64,000 nt of DNA from an uncultured Candidatus Saccharibacteria bacterium (GCA_964628095.1 CAZVLR010000001.1:56777-120776); one strand, 5' to 3'; positions 8,799 to 19,400 are shown, counted from the first letter of the stretch. Notes: generated by a model from the sequence alone, not told the origin. Made by a program: numbers and translations.

Positions 8799-9821
8799 AT
8801 GCCTGCCAAAGAAGCCCATCTTTACCAAAAATTAACTAATAAGAACGTTCTTTGCCGAAACTGCGCCCATTACTGCAAAATAGTTCCTGAAACCAGGGGC
8901 CTTTGCGGCGTCCGCGAAAACATTAAAGGAAAGCTATATACTTTAAACTACAACCTGGTTGCGGCTTTGCATGTTGACCCGATTGAAAAAAAGCCATTTT
9001 TCCATTTCCTTCCCGGCACCCAAACGCTTTCAGTGGCTTTGGCCGGCTGTAATTTTAAATGCGACAACTGCCAGAACTGGGATATTTCCCAATCGCCCAG
9101 CCTTGATAAAAAAATCGAAGGTGAAAAAATACTGCCCCAAAAGATTGTTAAAACCGCCCTGGAAAAAAACCTGCCCAGTATTTCCTATACCTATACCGAA
9201 CCGACTATTTTCTCCGAATACGCGCTCGAAACCATGAAGCTGGCCAAAGAAAACAATATAAAAAACTGCTGGGTAAGCAACGGCTATTTATCGCCAGAAT
9301 TATTGAATTCAATCTCCCCGTATCTCGATGCCATTAATATTGATTTAAAATCCTTTTCCGACGACTTCTATTTAAAAAACTGCGGCGCCCGGCTTCAGCC
9401 GGTTTTAAACACCTTAAAAGCCATGAAACAAAAAGGCGTTTGGGTGGAAATAACCACCTTGGTAATCCCTGGATTAAACGACACCCGCGCGGTTTTTGAA
9501 AACATTGCCAAGTTTATCAAAAATAATTTGGGAACAGGAATCCCTTGGCATCTCAGCCAGTTTTCGGGCGCCCCTTCCTGGAAATTAAAAAACATCATTG
9601 AAACCCCCGTAGAAACCCTAAAACTAGCCTATCAAATCGGGAAAAAACACTGCTTAAAGTACGTTTACACGGGCAACGTACCGGGCTTGCCCACAGAAGA
9701 CACTTTTTGCCCAAATTGCGGCCAACTGGCTGTTGACCGAACCCCCTATGGCATTAAACGCTACGATAAAAAAGGAAAATGCGAAAAATGCGGGGCCGAT
9801 TTAAAATTAATTTTAGAATAG
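8799..9821 (+). CDS. AmmeMemoRadiSam-system radical SAM enzyme (AmrS-like)
   Basis: N-terminal CRNCAHYC...GLCGVREN. Radical SAM cluster CNFKCDNCQNW. C-terminal zinc ribbon CPNCG...CEKCG. Confidence 0.7.
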   Translation: MPAKEAHLYQKLTNKNVLCRNCAHYCKIVPETRGLCGVRENIKGKLYTLNYNLVAALHVDPIEKKPFFHFLPGTQTLSVALAGCNFKCDNCQNWDISQSPSLDKKIEGEKILPQKIVKTALEKNLPSISYTYTEPTIFSEYALETMKLAKENNIKNCWVSNGYLSPELLNSISPYLDAINIDLKSFSDDFYLKNCGARLQPVLNTLKAMKQKGVWVEITTLVIPGLNDTRAVFENIAKFIKNNLGTGIPWHLSQFSGAPSWKLKNIIETPVETLKLAYQIGKKHCLKYVYTGNVPGLPTEDTFCPNCGQLAVDRTPYGIKRYDKKGKCEKCGADLKLILE

Positions 9822-9836
9822 CGATGAATAAATTTT

Positions 9837-10394
9837 ATGAAGCAAGAAGTTGAAATACAGGTTAAAATTAAAAATCCAAGCGAAGTGGAAAAAAATATAA
9901 GAAAAATTGGTAAATTCAGAAACATCAAAAAACAGATTGATAAATATTTTGTTCTGCCCCAGCGCAATTTTTTTTCTAAAAACCCGCCTATTGAATATTT
10001 AAGAATTAGATACGAAAAAAACAAAAATCACTTAAATTATTCTTTTTTGCACTTTGACGAATCGGGCTGGCTAAAAGCGACCGACGAATATGAAACTATT
10101 ATTGAAAAACCAGAAACCGTTGAGAAAATATTTAAAAAAATCGGCCTTATTTTAACGGTAACGGTGGCAAAAGAAAGAAAATATTTTGATTACGGTAATT
10201 TTGAAATAACCCTTGATAAAGTAAAGGGGCTGGGTAATTTTATGGAAATAGAGGCGAAGAAAAATCTGTCCTCTCTTAAAAAAACAAGAGAGTCTTGTTT
10301 TAAATTATTAAAAAGCTTACGGATTGAATATATTCTCAAAAAAGATTCTGGCTATCCCCGCCTGCTTTATCAAAAATTAAAAAGTAAAAAGTAA
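9837..10394 (+). CDS. CYTH-domain protein (class IV adenylyl cyclase / triphosphatase fold)
   Basis: Begins EVEIQVKI. Carries an EIEAK motif. Length 185 aa. Confidence 0.45.
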   Translation: MKQEVEIQVKIKNPSEVEKNIRKIGKFRNIKKQIDKYFVLPQRNFFSKNPPIEYLRIRYEKNKNHLNYSFLHFDESGWLKATDEYETIIEKPETVEKIFKKIGLILTVTVAKERKYFDYGNFEITLDKVKGLGNFMEIEAKKNLSSLKKTRESCFKLLKSLRIEYILKKDSGYPRLLYQKLKSKK

Positions 10395-10398
10395 ATTA

Positions 10399-11853
10399 AT
10401 GATTTTTGCGAGTTTTGAATTTTTAGTTTTTTTTATTATCGTTCTGGCTTTAAACTGGATATTAAAAATATGGCCGCTCTGGTGGCGGCTTTTTCTACTG
10501 GGCGCCAGCTATTTTTTCTACGCCTTTTGGGATGTTAAATTTCTTCTGGTGTTACTCCTTGTTTCTCTTTTTAATTATTATTGGGCTTTTTTAATAGAAA
10601 AATCGAAAGAGGAAAAAAAGAAAAAGATTGTTTTAGCCGCTTCCATAATCATTAATGTGCTGGTTTTGACGCTTTTTAAGTATTACGGCTTTTTCCGCGA
10701 TTCGGCCGAAGCTCTTTTGAATAAATTCGGCTTTCAGCCCGACTTTTTACTTTTAAACGTGGTCTTGCCCATCGGCCTGTCTTTTTACATTTTAAGGGTA
10801 ATCTCATACAGTATCGACGTTTTCCATAAAAAAATACTGCCGGAAAAATCTTTTATTGATTTTGCGCTGTATGTGGCCTTTTTCCCCCAGCTGCTTTCCG
10901 GCCCGATTGCCCGGGCTAACGATTTCTTACCCCAATTAAAAGCGGGCGGCGCCCAAAAAATAGAAAATCTTGAGCAAAACTTTGTTTTTATCCTAAGCGG
11001 CCTTTTTAAAAAGCTGGTGATCTCAAGCTATTTAACCTTGAATATCGTCAACGATGTTTTTGCCGTACCCCAGAACCATTCGCAGTTAGCCGCGCTTTTG
11101 GCCATGTACGCTTATGCTTTAGTAATTTATTGCGACTTTTCGGGCTATACCGACATTTCCATTGGCGTGGCCGGCTTAATGGGTTTTAAATCCCCTCTCA
11201 ACTTTAACGCCCCTTATTTGGCCCTAGACTTCCAGGATTTTTGGAGAAGATGGCATATTTCATTTTCCAATTGGCTGAGAGACTATGTTTACATTCCTTT
11301 GGGCGGAAACAGAAAGGGAAAAATTAGAACTAATTTAAATTTGCTGGCCACCATGTTCGTAAGCGGCCTGTGGCACGGTTCGGGCTTAAATTTTATTATC
11401 TGGGGACTGCTCCATGGCTTAGGTTTGATTTTAAGCCGCTTTAAAAACGGCTTTTTGGAAAAATCTAAAAATAAAATAAATCTTAAAATTGAAAAGCTGC
11501 TTTCCTGGTTTATTACTTTTAACCTAATCTGTTTTTTCTGGATCTTCTTTGGCAGCCAGAACCTGCAAAACGCCTTTGATATTATAAGGCAAATCTTTAA
11601 CTTTAAAGCCCTGCCCCAGCCCATCGACCTTTATCTAATCTTAATCATTCCTCTTGCCTTTGTAATTTTCGCCCTGGGCAAATACGTTACCAATTCATTT
11701 GTTTATTTGCTAAGCCTGCAAAAGAAATTTCCTTTTTATATTCGCATTATTACCGGCCCCATTTTCTTAGCGTTAATAATAACCTTATTTGCGATTTTAA
11801 TGATAAAGCTGGGCCCGGACATTGTTCCGCCCTTTATCTATTTTAAGTTTTAA
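10399..11853 (+). CDS. MBOAT family membrane-bound O-acyltransferase (AlgI/DltB/PatA-like)
   Basis: Polytopic membrane protein. WRRWHISFSNWLRDYVYIPLGG and the conserved His in SGLWHG are present. Confidence 0.8.
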   Translation: MIFASFEFLVFFIIVLALNWILKIWPLWWRLFLLGASYFFYAFWDVKFLLVLLLVSLFNYYWAFLIEKSKEEKKKKIVLAASIIINVLVLTLFKYYGFFRDSAEALLNKFGFQPDFLLLNVVLPIGLSFYILRVISYSIDVFHKKILPEKSFIDFALYVAFFPQLLSGPIARANDFLPQLKAGGAQKIENLEQNFVFILSGLFKKLVISSYLTLNIVNDVFAVPQNHSQLAALLAMYAYALVIYCDFSGYTDISIGVAGLMGFKSPLNFNAPYLALDFQDFWRRWHISFSNWLRDYVYIPLGGNRKGKIRTNLNLLATMFVSGLWHGSGLNFIIWGLLHGLGLILSRFKNGFLEKSKNKINLKIEKLLSWFITFNLICFFWIFFGSQNLQNAFDIIRQIFNFKALPQPIDLYLILIIPLAFVIFALGKYVTNSFVYLLSLQKKFPFYIRIITGPIFLALIITLFAILMIKLGPDIVPPFIYFKF

Positions 11854-11857
11854 TCCT

Positions 11858-12808
11858 ATGAAAAGCCCCTGGCAAAGCGTCAAAGTAATAATTATTCTGC
11901 TCCTGGTTCTATCTTTTGTGTTTTTTTACGAATCAAAAAGAATCGAAGCTTTTGCCATTAACATGGAAAACGGTGTTTTGCGCTCTTTAGCTTTAAGCCT
12001 AACCTACGCCTCGCAAAACCTTAAATCGGATCTGGGCTTAAACCCCTATTTTGAAGCCGAAGAAAGATTTTGGCAAAGAATAAAAAACTCGCCCAAGATT
12101 TTTAACGCCCAAGCTCCGGTTCAAATAAATAACGAAGTTCCGCTTGTTAATGAAAACATTGAAATTTTACCCCCGTATAATTTTTTGCTGATCGGCGATT
12201 CCTTTATGGCCGAAGCTTTCGGCCCGGCTCTCGAAAAAGAATTAATTCTTTACAAAAACGTTTTGGTATTCCGCAAGGGCGTATATTCTACCGGGCTTTC
12301 CCGGCCTGATTACTTTGATTGGGAAAAAGAAGTTAAAGATTTGATTTTGCAAAAAAAACCGAATTTGGCCGTTGTAATGTTCGGAGCCAACGACGGCCAA
12401 GACATTAGAACCCAGAACATAATAATACGTTACGGCCAGGAAGAATGGAATATAAATTACGGCCAAAAAGTATCTGCTTTTTTAAAAATCTTAAATGATA
12501 ACAATATCTTTGTTTTTTGGATTGGAAATCCGATTGCCAGGAGCAGCTATTATTCCTCAAAAATGGCCAACCTTAACTCAATCTACGAGGCTGAATGCCA
12601 AAAATCGGTTAACTGCCGCTATGTTTCCACCTGGAGCCTGTTAACTGACAGCCAGGGCAAATATTCGGCCTATTTGCCCGACCAAAACAATAAAAACCGC
12701 CTAGCCCGGGCTAACGATGGCATCCACACCACTTCCTTTGGCAGCCAAATTCTGGTAAAAGAAGTAATAAGGAAAATTAAAGAGAAAATCGGTTTGGAAA
12801 AACTATGA
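11858..12808 (+). CDS. SGNH/GDSL-like hydrolase, probable partner of the MBOAT protein
   Basis: N-terminal TM anchor. GDS block LLIGDSFMAE. VVMFGANDGQD is present. DGIHTTSFG (catalytic Asp/His block) is present. Start placed at ATG 11858, just after the MBOAT stop. Confidence 0.6.
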   Translation: MKSPWQSVKVIIILLLVLSFVFFYESKRIEAFAINMENGVLRSLALSLTYASQNLKSDLGLNPYFEAEERFWQRIKNSPKIFNAQAPVQINNEVPLVNENIEILPPYNFLLIGDSFMAEAFGPALEKELILYKNVLVFRKGVYSTGLSRPDYFDWEKEVKDLILQKKPNLAVVMFGANDGQDIRTQNIIIRYGQEEWNINYGQKVSAFLKILNDNNIFVFWIGNPIARSSYYSSKMANLNSIYEAECQKSVNCRYVSTWSLLTDSQGKYSAYLPDQNNKNRLARANDGIHTTSFGSQILVKEVIRKIKEKIGLEKL

Positions 12809-13314
12809 AGATAGCCATTATGTCAGATACCCACGATAATCTGGCCAATTTCAAAAAGGTAATCGCTTTTATAAAAAAAGAAAAGGTTAATCTCACTATT
12901 CATTGCGGCGATGTTTGTTTTGCCGACACTTTAAGGGAAGCCTTAAAAGATTACAAGGGTGATTTTTTAATTTCCAAGGGCAATGGCGATATAGAAAACT
13001 TTTGTTTTGGAAAACTCTGCCCCAAAGAATTCGCCCACGTAAAATTCTTTGAGGATTTCGGGAAAATAACCGCAAACAAGAAAAAGATCGCTTTTACGCA
13101 TATGCCCGAAAAAGCCAAAAAAATGGCTGAATCCCAAAAATATGATTTGGTTTTCTGCGGCCACTACCACAGGCCCTGGGAGGAAAAAATTAAAAAAACC
13201 CGTTTTGCCAACCCGGGAAATGTGGCCGGGCTTTATTACCCCCCGACTTTTGCCCTTTATGATACGACAAACGACAAGCTGGAATTAAAAATCTTAAACC
13301 GGCTAAAAATATGA
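12805..13314 (+). CDS. metallophosphoesterase (YfcE-like)
   Basis: Motifs MSDTHDN, HCGD and GHYHRPW. Overlaps the upstream gene by 4 nt. Confidence 0.7.
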   Translation: MKIAIMSDTHDNLANFKKVIAFIKKEKVNLTIHCGDVCFADTLREALKDYKGDFLISKGNGDIENFCFGKLCPKEFAHVKFFEDFGKITANKKKIAFTHMPEKAKKMAESQKYDLVFCGHYHRPWEEKIKKTRFANPGNVAGLYYPPTFALYDTTNDKLELKILNRLKI

Positions 13315-13790
13315 AGAAAGACGAAAAGAAAGCCAAAAAGCCTTTATCGCCCGAAAAAATAAAAGCAAGGAAAGACGAAGAAACCGCCATCCAGCAGATT
13401 GTTAACCACTACTTTTACACCAAAGGCCTGACTTTGGAACAAATAAAAGAAGATGCTAAAAAGAAAAAGATAATCTACTCGCGCTTTACCCGCCCCGCCA
13501 AGCAGCTTTTGGTTTTAGCCGGCTCGGTAAAAAAGGCCAAAGGCGCCATTGATATTGTGGCCCGCTGGGCCCGATCGCGAAAGCTGGATTACGCCATTGA
13601 AACCGTTTTTAAAAAATGGCTGGAATTGGACAAATTAAAGCCCAAAGAAATCGTTAAAAAGCCCTATTACCAGGGAAACCCCATGATATGGTCGCAAGCC
13701 AAAAGAAAATGGTACGTGATTACACCCGAGAACGACTGGTTAGAGTTTGCGGGAAAAGAAGAAGACCTTGAATGGCGGACGGAAAAGTAG
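13311..13790 (+). CDS. hypothetical basic protein
   Basis: 159-aa Lys-rich ORF that overlaps both flanking genes by 4 nt (ATGA junction). No recognizable motif. Confidence 0.4.
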   Translation: MKKDEKKAKKPLSPEKIKARKDEETAIQQIVNHYFYTKGLTLEQIKEDAKKKKIIYSRFTRPAKQLLVLAGSVKKAKGAIDIVARWARSRKLDYAIETVFKKWLELDKLKPKEIVKKPYYQGNPMIWSQAKRKWYVITPENDWLEFAGKEEDLEWRTEK

Positions 13791-13810
13791 TATAATACAA
13801 TATCAAAAAT

Positions 13811-14374
13811 ATGCTCACCCATTCAGACCTTAGAAAAGGCGCCTTAATAATTTTAGAAGGCGAACCGTATGAAATATTGGAAGCCCAGCCCATGAAAAAA
13901 GCCCAGAGACGGGTGGTAATTCAGGCGCGCATAAAAAGCCTGATTAGCGGCAGCGTAATCTCCCAAAATTTCCACCAGGGCGACACCTTTGAAGAAGCGG
14001 AAATGATTAAATTTACCGCCAAATTCCTGTACAAGCACCGGGACAAGTTTTTCTTTTGCAAAGAAGACAATCCGGCCGAGCGTTTTGAAATGACCGAAGA
14101 CAAAATCGGCGCCCCGGCCCGATTTTTAAAGCCAAACCAAATCGTCCAAGGACTAATCTTTAATGAAAAGATTATTAACATTGCCCCGCCGATTAAAATC
14201 TCCCTGGAAGTAACCGAAGCGCCGCCGGGCGAACGGGGCGGCCGGGCCCAGGCCGGCACCAAACAAGTGGTGTTGGAAAGCGGGGCTACAATAAACGCGC
14301 CCCTATTCATTGAAAAGGGCGATATTATTGAGCTTAATACCGAAACCGGCGAATACGTAAGAAGAGTTGAATAA
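13811..14374 (+). CDS. efp: elongation factor P
   Basis: GALIILEGEPYEILEAQPMKKAQRRVVIQARIKSLISGSV. Length 187 aa. Confidence 0.9.
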   Translation: MLTHSDLRKGALIILEGEPYEILEAQPMKKAQRRVVIQARIKSLISGSVISQNFHQGDTFEEAEMIKFTAKFLYKHRDKFFFCKEDNPAERFEMTEDKIGAPARFLKPNQIVQGLIFNEKIINIAPPIKISLEVTEAPPGERGGRAQAGTKQVVLESGATINAPLFIEKGDIIELNTETGEYVRRVE

Positions 14375-14380
14375 AAAGAG

Positions 14381-14408
14381 AAAACCGCCCAAGAAGAGCG
14401 GTTTTTTT
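14381..14408. terminator. rho-independent terminator (bidirectional) between efp and the convergent gene
   Basis: AAAACCGC / GCGGTTTT hairpin followed by a T6 run. A-rich on the other side. Confidence 0.6.
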
Positions 14409-14413
14409 GATTC

Positions 14414-14917
14414 TTAAGGCTGTAAAATATCCTCTGTTCGGCCGTTAATAGAAATTATTACTTCCTTTACCGTGGGAAATTGGCTTAAAGTCTGGGCTAT
14501 CTCGGCCCTAATGGCCGAAACCCGGCAGGAACCGCCGACTTGAAACTCTAACTCTTCGTTAAAATCTACTTTGGCCGTTCCGTCTTCAACAGTTAAAGAA
14601 TTAATTTTAACTCCAGAATTAATGCTGGTAAAATAGCCTTGAGCTTTCTCTTTTTCTGTGGGGCCCTTTAAAAGCTCTTGGAGAGAGGCCCGGCCGACAG
14701 CTAAAGTTTTAACAATCCTTCTTTCAACCGGAAAAACTTTATTGCAAGAAGCTTCCGGATCCATCTGGCTATTATTGAAAAAAACTTTAACAGTTAAATA
14801 TTCTTCGGGTATAAAATTATTTTCCGAATCTAGCGGGTTTTTAAGCAAATAAAAAACGAGGCAAAGGATGGCCAGTAAAGATAAAACAATTAAAATAGCT
14901 AAATTGGTATTTTTCAT
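14414..14917 (-). CDS. secreted or lipoprotein-like protein (GerMN/Gmad2-like, tentative)
   Basis: N-terminal signal/TM MKNTNLAILIVLSLLAILCLVF. Length 167 aa. Confidence 0.4.
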   Translation of the reverse strand: MKNTNLAILIVLSLLAILCLVFYLLKNPLDSENNFIPEEYLTVKVFFNNSQMDPEASCNKVFPVERRIVKTLAVGRASLQELLKGPTEKEKAQGYFTSINSGVKINSLTVEDGTAKVDFNEELEFQVGGSCRVSAIRAEIAQTLSQFPTVKEVIISINGRTEDILQP

Positions 14918-14918
14918 G

Positions 14919-15191
14919 TTATTTATTTTTCCAAAAGTCGTCCGCTTCTTTTTCCATCAAATCCAAACGGGTATAGTAATCAGGAAATTCGTTTAAATGA
15001 GCCAAAGTAATCTTTCCGGTAATAAGCGGATCATCGTTGCTCACGTTAGTATGAGCCTCTCTTGTGCCGTGTTCTAACTCCACATCCAAACCCATGCGAA
15101 ACTGTTCGATATCAAACTTTAACCAATCGATTCCTAGCTTCTCCCCTATTTCTTTAGCTTCTTCGCCAGAAAAGTGTTTATTTGAAGTCAT
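14919..15191 (-). CDS. hypothetical protein
   Basis: 90-aa acidic ORF, tightly packed with its neighbours. Confidence 0.4.
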   Translation of the reverse strand: MTSNKHFSGEEAKEIGEKLGIDWLKFDIEQFRMGLDVELEHGTREAHTNVSNDDPLITGKITLAHLNEFPDYYTRLDLMEKEADDFWKNK

Positions 15192-15212
15192 ATATTTTTA
15201 TAATTTTATTTA

Positions 15213-15911
15213 TTAAATTGATCTCCTAAAAGTTCCGGCTTTGTAAAGCCATTGGCCAAACTGGCATTCAGAGCTATGCTGGGGCGGTTCGGGCTTCTTT
15301 AACACCGTTACCGCGTCGGTAAATAACTCTAACACGTCTTCGGGATTGGTGTCTATCTCATGCAGCTCTTTTTTAAAGGGCAAACGGTCCTGAAAGCCGT
15401 TTTTCTTATCCACTACGTAAAAGGCCAGATAGCCTTTTCTAGGCGTTTTAAACCCGTTCTTTTCCAATAAATAAGTATAAACATCCATTTGCAGCTGGAA
15501 GCGGTCGTAAACGTTGGGAGCTGAAGATCCCGTTGATTTGTAGTCCAGGGGGGCCAAATCTCCGTTGGCAAACTCCAGCACGTCGTCGACAGCGCCAAAA
15601 AGCGTGGCTTCCAACTGACTGTCATAATGCCGAATGCCTGAAAAATTGCTCCGCCATTGGTTTAAAAGCGATTGATTATGAAAAAGTTTAGCCGGCACTT
15701 GATGCGCGGTTAATAAAGGGTGTGGCTCCCCCGCTGCTCTAAAACTATCAAACTCCTGCTTTAAAAGCACGTCAACGGCCATATTTAAAGCATAGGGAAA
15801 AGGCTGGGGCCGCTTAATGCCCATTTTTTTGTCCAGCCAGAAGCAATGCGGGCATTCTAAGAATAAATTGAGCGAGTTGGGCGATAATTGTATTTTTTGA
15901 GGAAGAGGCAT
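15213..15911 (-). CDS. PD-(D/E)XK-type nuclease (putative)
   Basis: D...D..LDYK (GAVDDVLEFANGDLAPLDYKSTGS) resembles the PD-(D/E)XK core. N-terminal CPHC motif. Confidence 0.4.
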   Translation of the reverse strand: MPLPQKIQLSPNSLNLFLECPHCFWLDKKMGIKRPQPFPYALNMAVDVLLKQEFDSFRAAGEPHPLLTAHQVPAKLFHNQSLLNQWRSNFSGIRHYDSQLEATLFGAVDDVLEFANGDLAPLDYKSTGSSAPNVYDRFQLQMDVYTYLLEKNGFKTPRKGYLAFYVVDKKNGFQDRLPFKKELHEIDTNPEDVLELFTDAVTVLKKPEPPQHSSECQFGQWLYKAGTFRRSI

Positions 15912-15925
15912 AATTTTATCAGCTA

Positions 15926-15954
15926 TTGACTTTTTTATTAAAATATGGTATATT
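15926..15954 (+). promoter_or_regulatory. sigma70-like promoter (TTGACT, 17-nt spacer, TATATT) driving the small ORF at 16017
   Basis: TTGACT at 15926-15931, a 17-nt spacer, and TATATT at 15949-15954. Confidence 0.5.
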
Positions 15955-16016
15955 TAAAGTATAAGAATTGAACATTACCAACAATTAAATATTAACCCGA
16001 TTTGGAGGTAAAGACA

Positions 16017-16181
16017 ATGAAGGAAAAAGTAAAAAGCTTTTTTGGCTGGGTATCTGTATTAATATCTGCGTATGCGGTCATCGGCGGCTGGTCGTTTGTC
16101 GCAATAATTAACGGCGCCGATATTCTGTACATCCCCTTCTGGCACGCCCCCTGGAAACTTCTTCTTTCTCTCTTCTCTTAA
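16017..16181 (+). CDS. small hydrophobic membrane peptide (54 aa), not in the ORF track
   Basis: GGAGG Shine-Dalgarno 7 nt upstream of the ATG. Translation: MKEKVKSFFGWVSVLISAYAVIGGWSFVAIINGADILYIPFWHAPWKLLLSLFS. Preceded by the promoter and followed by the terminator hairpin. Confidence 0.5.
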   Translation: MKEKVKSFFGWVSVLISAYAVIGGWSFVAIINGADILYIPFWHAPWKLLLSLFS

Positions 16182-16473
16182 CTTTTACCCCCCCCAATAA
16201 CAAAAGGCTGTTGAAGCAATTTCAACAGCCTTTCTCTTTTAATGTTTGACTATTGTTAGAGCTTTTTATTCAGCGCCGCCCGGGTTTTGGGCCCCACCGT
16301 CCCCACCGGGCTTATTTTATTAGCCCTTTGGAATTTAATTACCGCCTTCCGGGTTAAAACGCCGTAATACCCGCCAATCTTTCCTGAGTAGAATTTCAAC
16401 TTTTTTAAGAGCTCTTGCAGTTTTTTAACCTCTGGACCCTGGTAGTCGGAATAAAGGTACTTGGTAAATTTAA
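16035..16473. repeat. copy A of a ~390-440 bp duplicated segment (3' end of giant gene + terminator + small-ORF region)
   Basis: Near-identical to 20034..20423, except for a 48-bp in-frame segment present only in copy A (about 16069-16116). Confidence 0.8.
16203..16233. terminator. bidirectional rho-independent terminator (13-bp perfect stem, 5-nt loop)
   Basis: AAAGGCTGTTGAA-gcaat-TTCAACAGCCTTT, T-rich on both sides. It sits between the small + ORF and the stop of the giant - gene. An identical copy is at 20152..20182. Confidence 0.65.
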
Positions 16474-19400
16474 ATGGCGGAGCTGGAATTACGATTTGCC
16501 CTTTATTCTCGCCCATAACAACAAATAGGGTAAGATGATTTACTTGAGCAGATATTTCATTGGTATTGATGTTTAATTGAGAATCTAAAGGGATCCATTG
16601 CTTTGTCTGCTCATTAAAATAGTAGATTTTTAGAGTGCTTTCAATAAAATTTAACACGTCTGATTCCTGATAATGAATATATATGCTTATGGGCTTGGAA
16701 AAGCTGGTAATTTGTTGCCCCCCTGAAACGATTTGGTAGTTAGCAGACAGGCTTGGAACAATATTTAAAGCTTGGGGCAAAGAAGCGCTGTTTGTGATTT
16801 GACTTACTTGGTTTTGGTCTTTTGTTTGAATTTGGAAAGAATAAACACCTGCTAAGGTGTTTGGCTCAATCTGGGCGCTGACAAAGCTTTGGGAATTAAA
16901 ATATGAAGTAACCGTACCTGTTTGGGAAGGAGAAGCACCACCCGAAGCGCCGCCAGAGCCCTGGCTTGCAACGGTAAAAGTTATAATATAATCATTTGTG
17001 TTTGCGTTTGATAAAGAATCCGAGCAACGGACATAAAAGGTATGAGTTGCGGGACCTAGGCTTGTTAATGGTTGGCTGTGTAAGGTTGAGCCTGTGGTTG
17101 AGAATGTGCTGGTCATTAAAGCATAAGTGGTGCTAGCCGTTGTTGAATATCTACAGGTGGCTGCTTCGTCTGTGGCAACAGAAAGGGTTTGTGAGGTGCC
17201 AAAAGAGGATCCGGTGGGAGAGCCGGCTGAAAGGACAGGCGGAATAGAAACATAAAGTTCAAAAGTGGTAGTACTAGACGGAGTATTTGTGCGTGAGAAT
17301 GATAAATCCCCATTAGCATTGGCTGAATATTTTTGACTAAAAGAACTATCGATAAAAAGATCGTAATTAGAGCTGGAAGTTAAATCAGTAAAATTAAGAG
17401 TCAACTGGCTAAAACTTTGGGCTCTAACCTTGCTGTAGCTACTTCCTAATTCATCGGCGTAAACCGTAACCGGCGCCACGTCTGTGCTTGTAGCTTCAAT
17501 TTCTACCGTATTAATTTCGTCAAAATCCATGGCATAATTGGTGGAAACTTGGCTTCTGTTATTATGCAGCTTTTTACCGTAAACCCAAGCATTGTACCAA
17601 TTAGTAGCCATAATCCCACTGCCAGTTGCATTGGTATGCACCCCATCAAGCAATAAACCAGATTCGTCACTAGTATCTAAATCATAATCCCAACCGTCTT
17701 GTATAAAAGTATTCCAGTGGTCGGCAATAACCACATCTTCTTCCAAGGCCATAGTTCTTAATAAATCATTTAAATCGTCTGTAGAATCATAATCTGCCTG
17801 GGTTCTGCTGTTTACGCCCACAACAATGGGAGAAACTAAACCAAGAATTGGAGTAACGCCCATTGACTTTGCGTACTCTACCATTATTCTTAAATTATCC
17901 CGGGCCACTATTTCATTGGCGTCAGTGCCCAAATCATCAGTATCGTTAGTCCCTTCAAGGATAAAAACAGCTTCTGGAGCCGTTTCTAAAATAGAATTAA
18001 CCAAACGCAAGGCTGCGCTGGCAGAGGTTTCTCCACCCTCGCCCCCATCAACCATATCCGTGCTAGTTGCATAATAAGTTTCCAATTTTCCATCCAAGAG
18101 CACCCTGTAAGCTTCGTAGTTATTGCTGGCAACTCCGGCGGTCAAGGAATCGCCAAAAGCTAGAAATTTTTTGCTAACCGGTTTTATAACGGTTATGGTA
18201 GTTGTTCCACTTACGTTGCTGGAGCCATCAGTGGCTGCAATCTCAAAAACATTGGAACCGCTGGCTAAATTTCCGCTATAGCTCCAGGAGGTTGCCCCAG
18301 CCGTATAAGTTACTCCGGAAACAGAATTATTTACTTTTATGGTTTCGGTGCTGGCACTGGTTGTTCCAGACAGCGAGATAGTTGATTCAGTAGAGGAAAA
18401 ATTCTTTCCGACCCCATTACCGCCGTTGGTGGTAATTATCGGCCGGCTAATTGTATTTTCATATTCATACGCTCCGATATCATAAGCGTTGCCCGCACCC
18501 GCATCGGTCCGCAAGTTGCCGGCATAATCATCCGCCACATCCGCAATGGTCGCACCTGCGTCTATCATGGGGCTATCTTTTTGCAAAGTAAAATCGTATG
18601 CAGCTGCATTGGTAAATAGCGGATCAAGGCTCATATTGGTAGTGTCTATGGCTACTCCGTCTGCCTGATGGATATAACTGACATCTGTTGAATTTTGGTA
18701 TAAATTATTATTTTGAAAAATAACATTGCTGGTCCCCGCTAGATATACCCCATCAGCAACCGCCTCATTAAAAACATTATTTTTTATATCAATGTCATCG
18801 GCACTCGTATGTACCTTAAGCCCGTAGTAATTCTGGTAAAAAGTATTATTATAAACGTTTATTCCATTACCCTGTAAAACAAACAGTCCGCTCCTCATTG
18901 ACAAATAGGAGCTTTGAGTCCCATTTTTATAAAAAATATTGTTTAATATATTAAAAGTGCTTTCTGTGCTGTTGATATAAACGCCCGTTCTTTCATTATT
19001 GTTTAAAATGCTTTTTTCAACTTCATTAGTGCCTGTTGCAAAATAAATTCCGTTTTCAACACTATGATGCGAATGACTATTTATTATACTATTACTGCCC
19101 CCGGATACAAAAACACCTGTTATCCCATTGTCGTATATTTCGCAATTTTCAACGACAACGTTACTTCCCTGCAGATAAACGCTGTAAGCCACGGCGTTTC
19201 TTAATTTTAAATCTTTTAATTTTACATAACTTTTTGTGCTTGTAATGTTAACAACATAATTGGCACGATTGACCTCTATGGCATGGTCATCGGGATTAGT
19301 CCCGTCTGCCGTATGCACATATAAAAGATCGTTGGCAGCATCCAAATAATAGGTTGACGCACTCGCTTCAACTAAAGCAATAGAGGAAGTGGAAGTATAT

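Noticed and set aside
16186-16200. C8 homopolymer run (CCCCCCCC) in both copies of the duplicated flank, a possible phase-variation tract.
   Set aside because: It lies in non-coding DNA between the small ORF stop and the terminator stem, with no obvious promoter or frame to toggle. Noted only.
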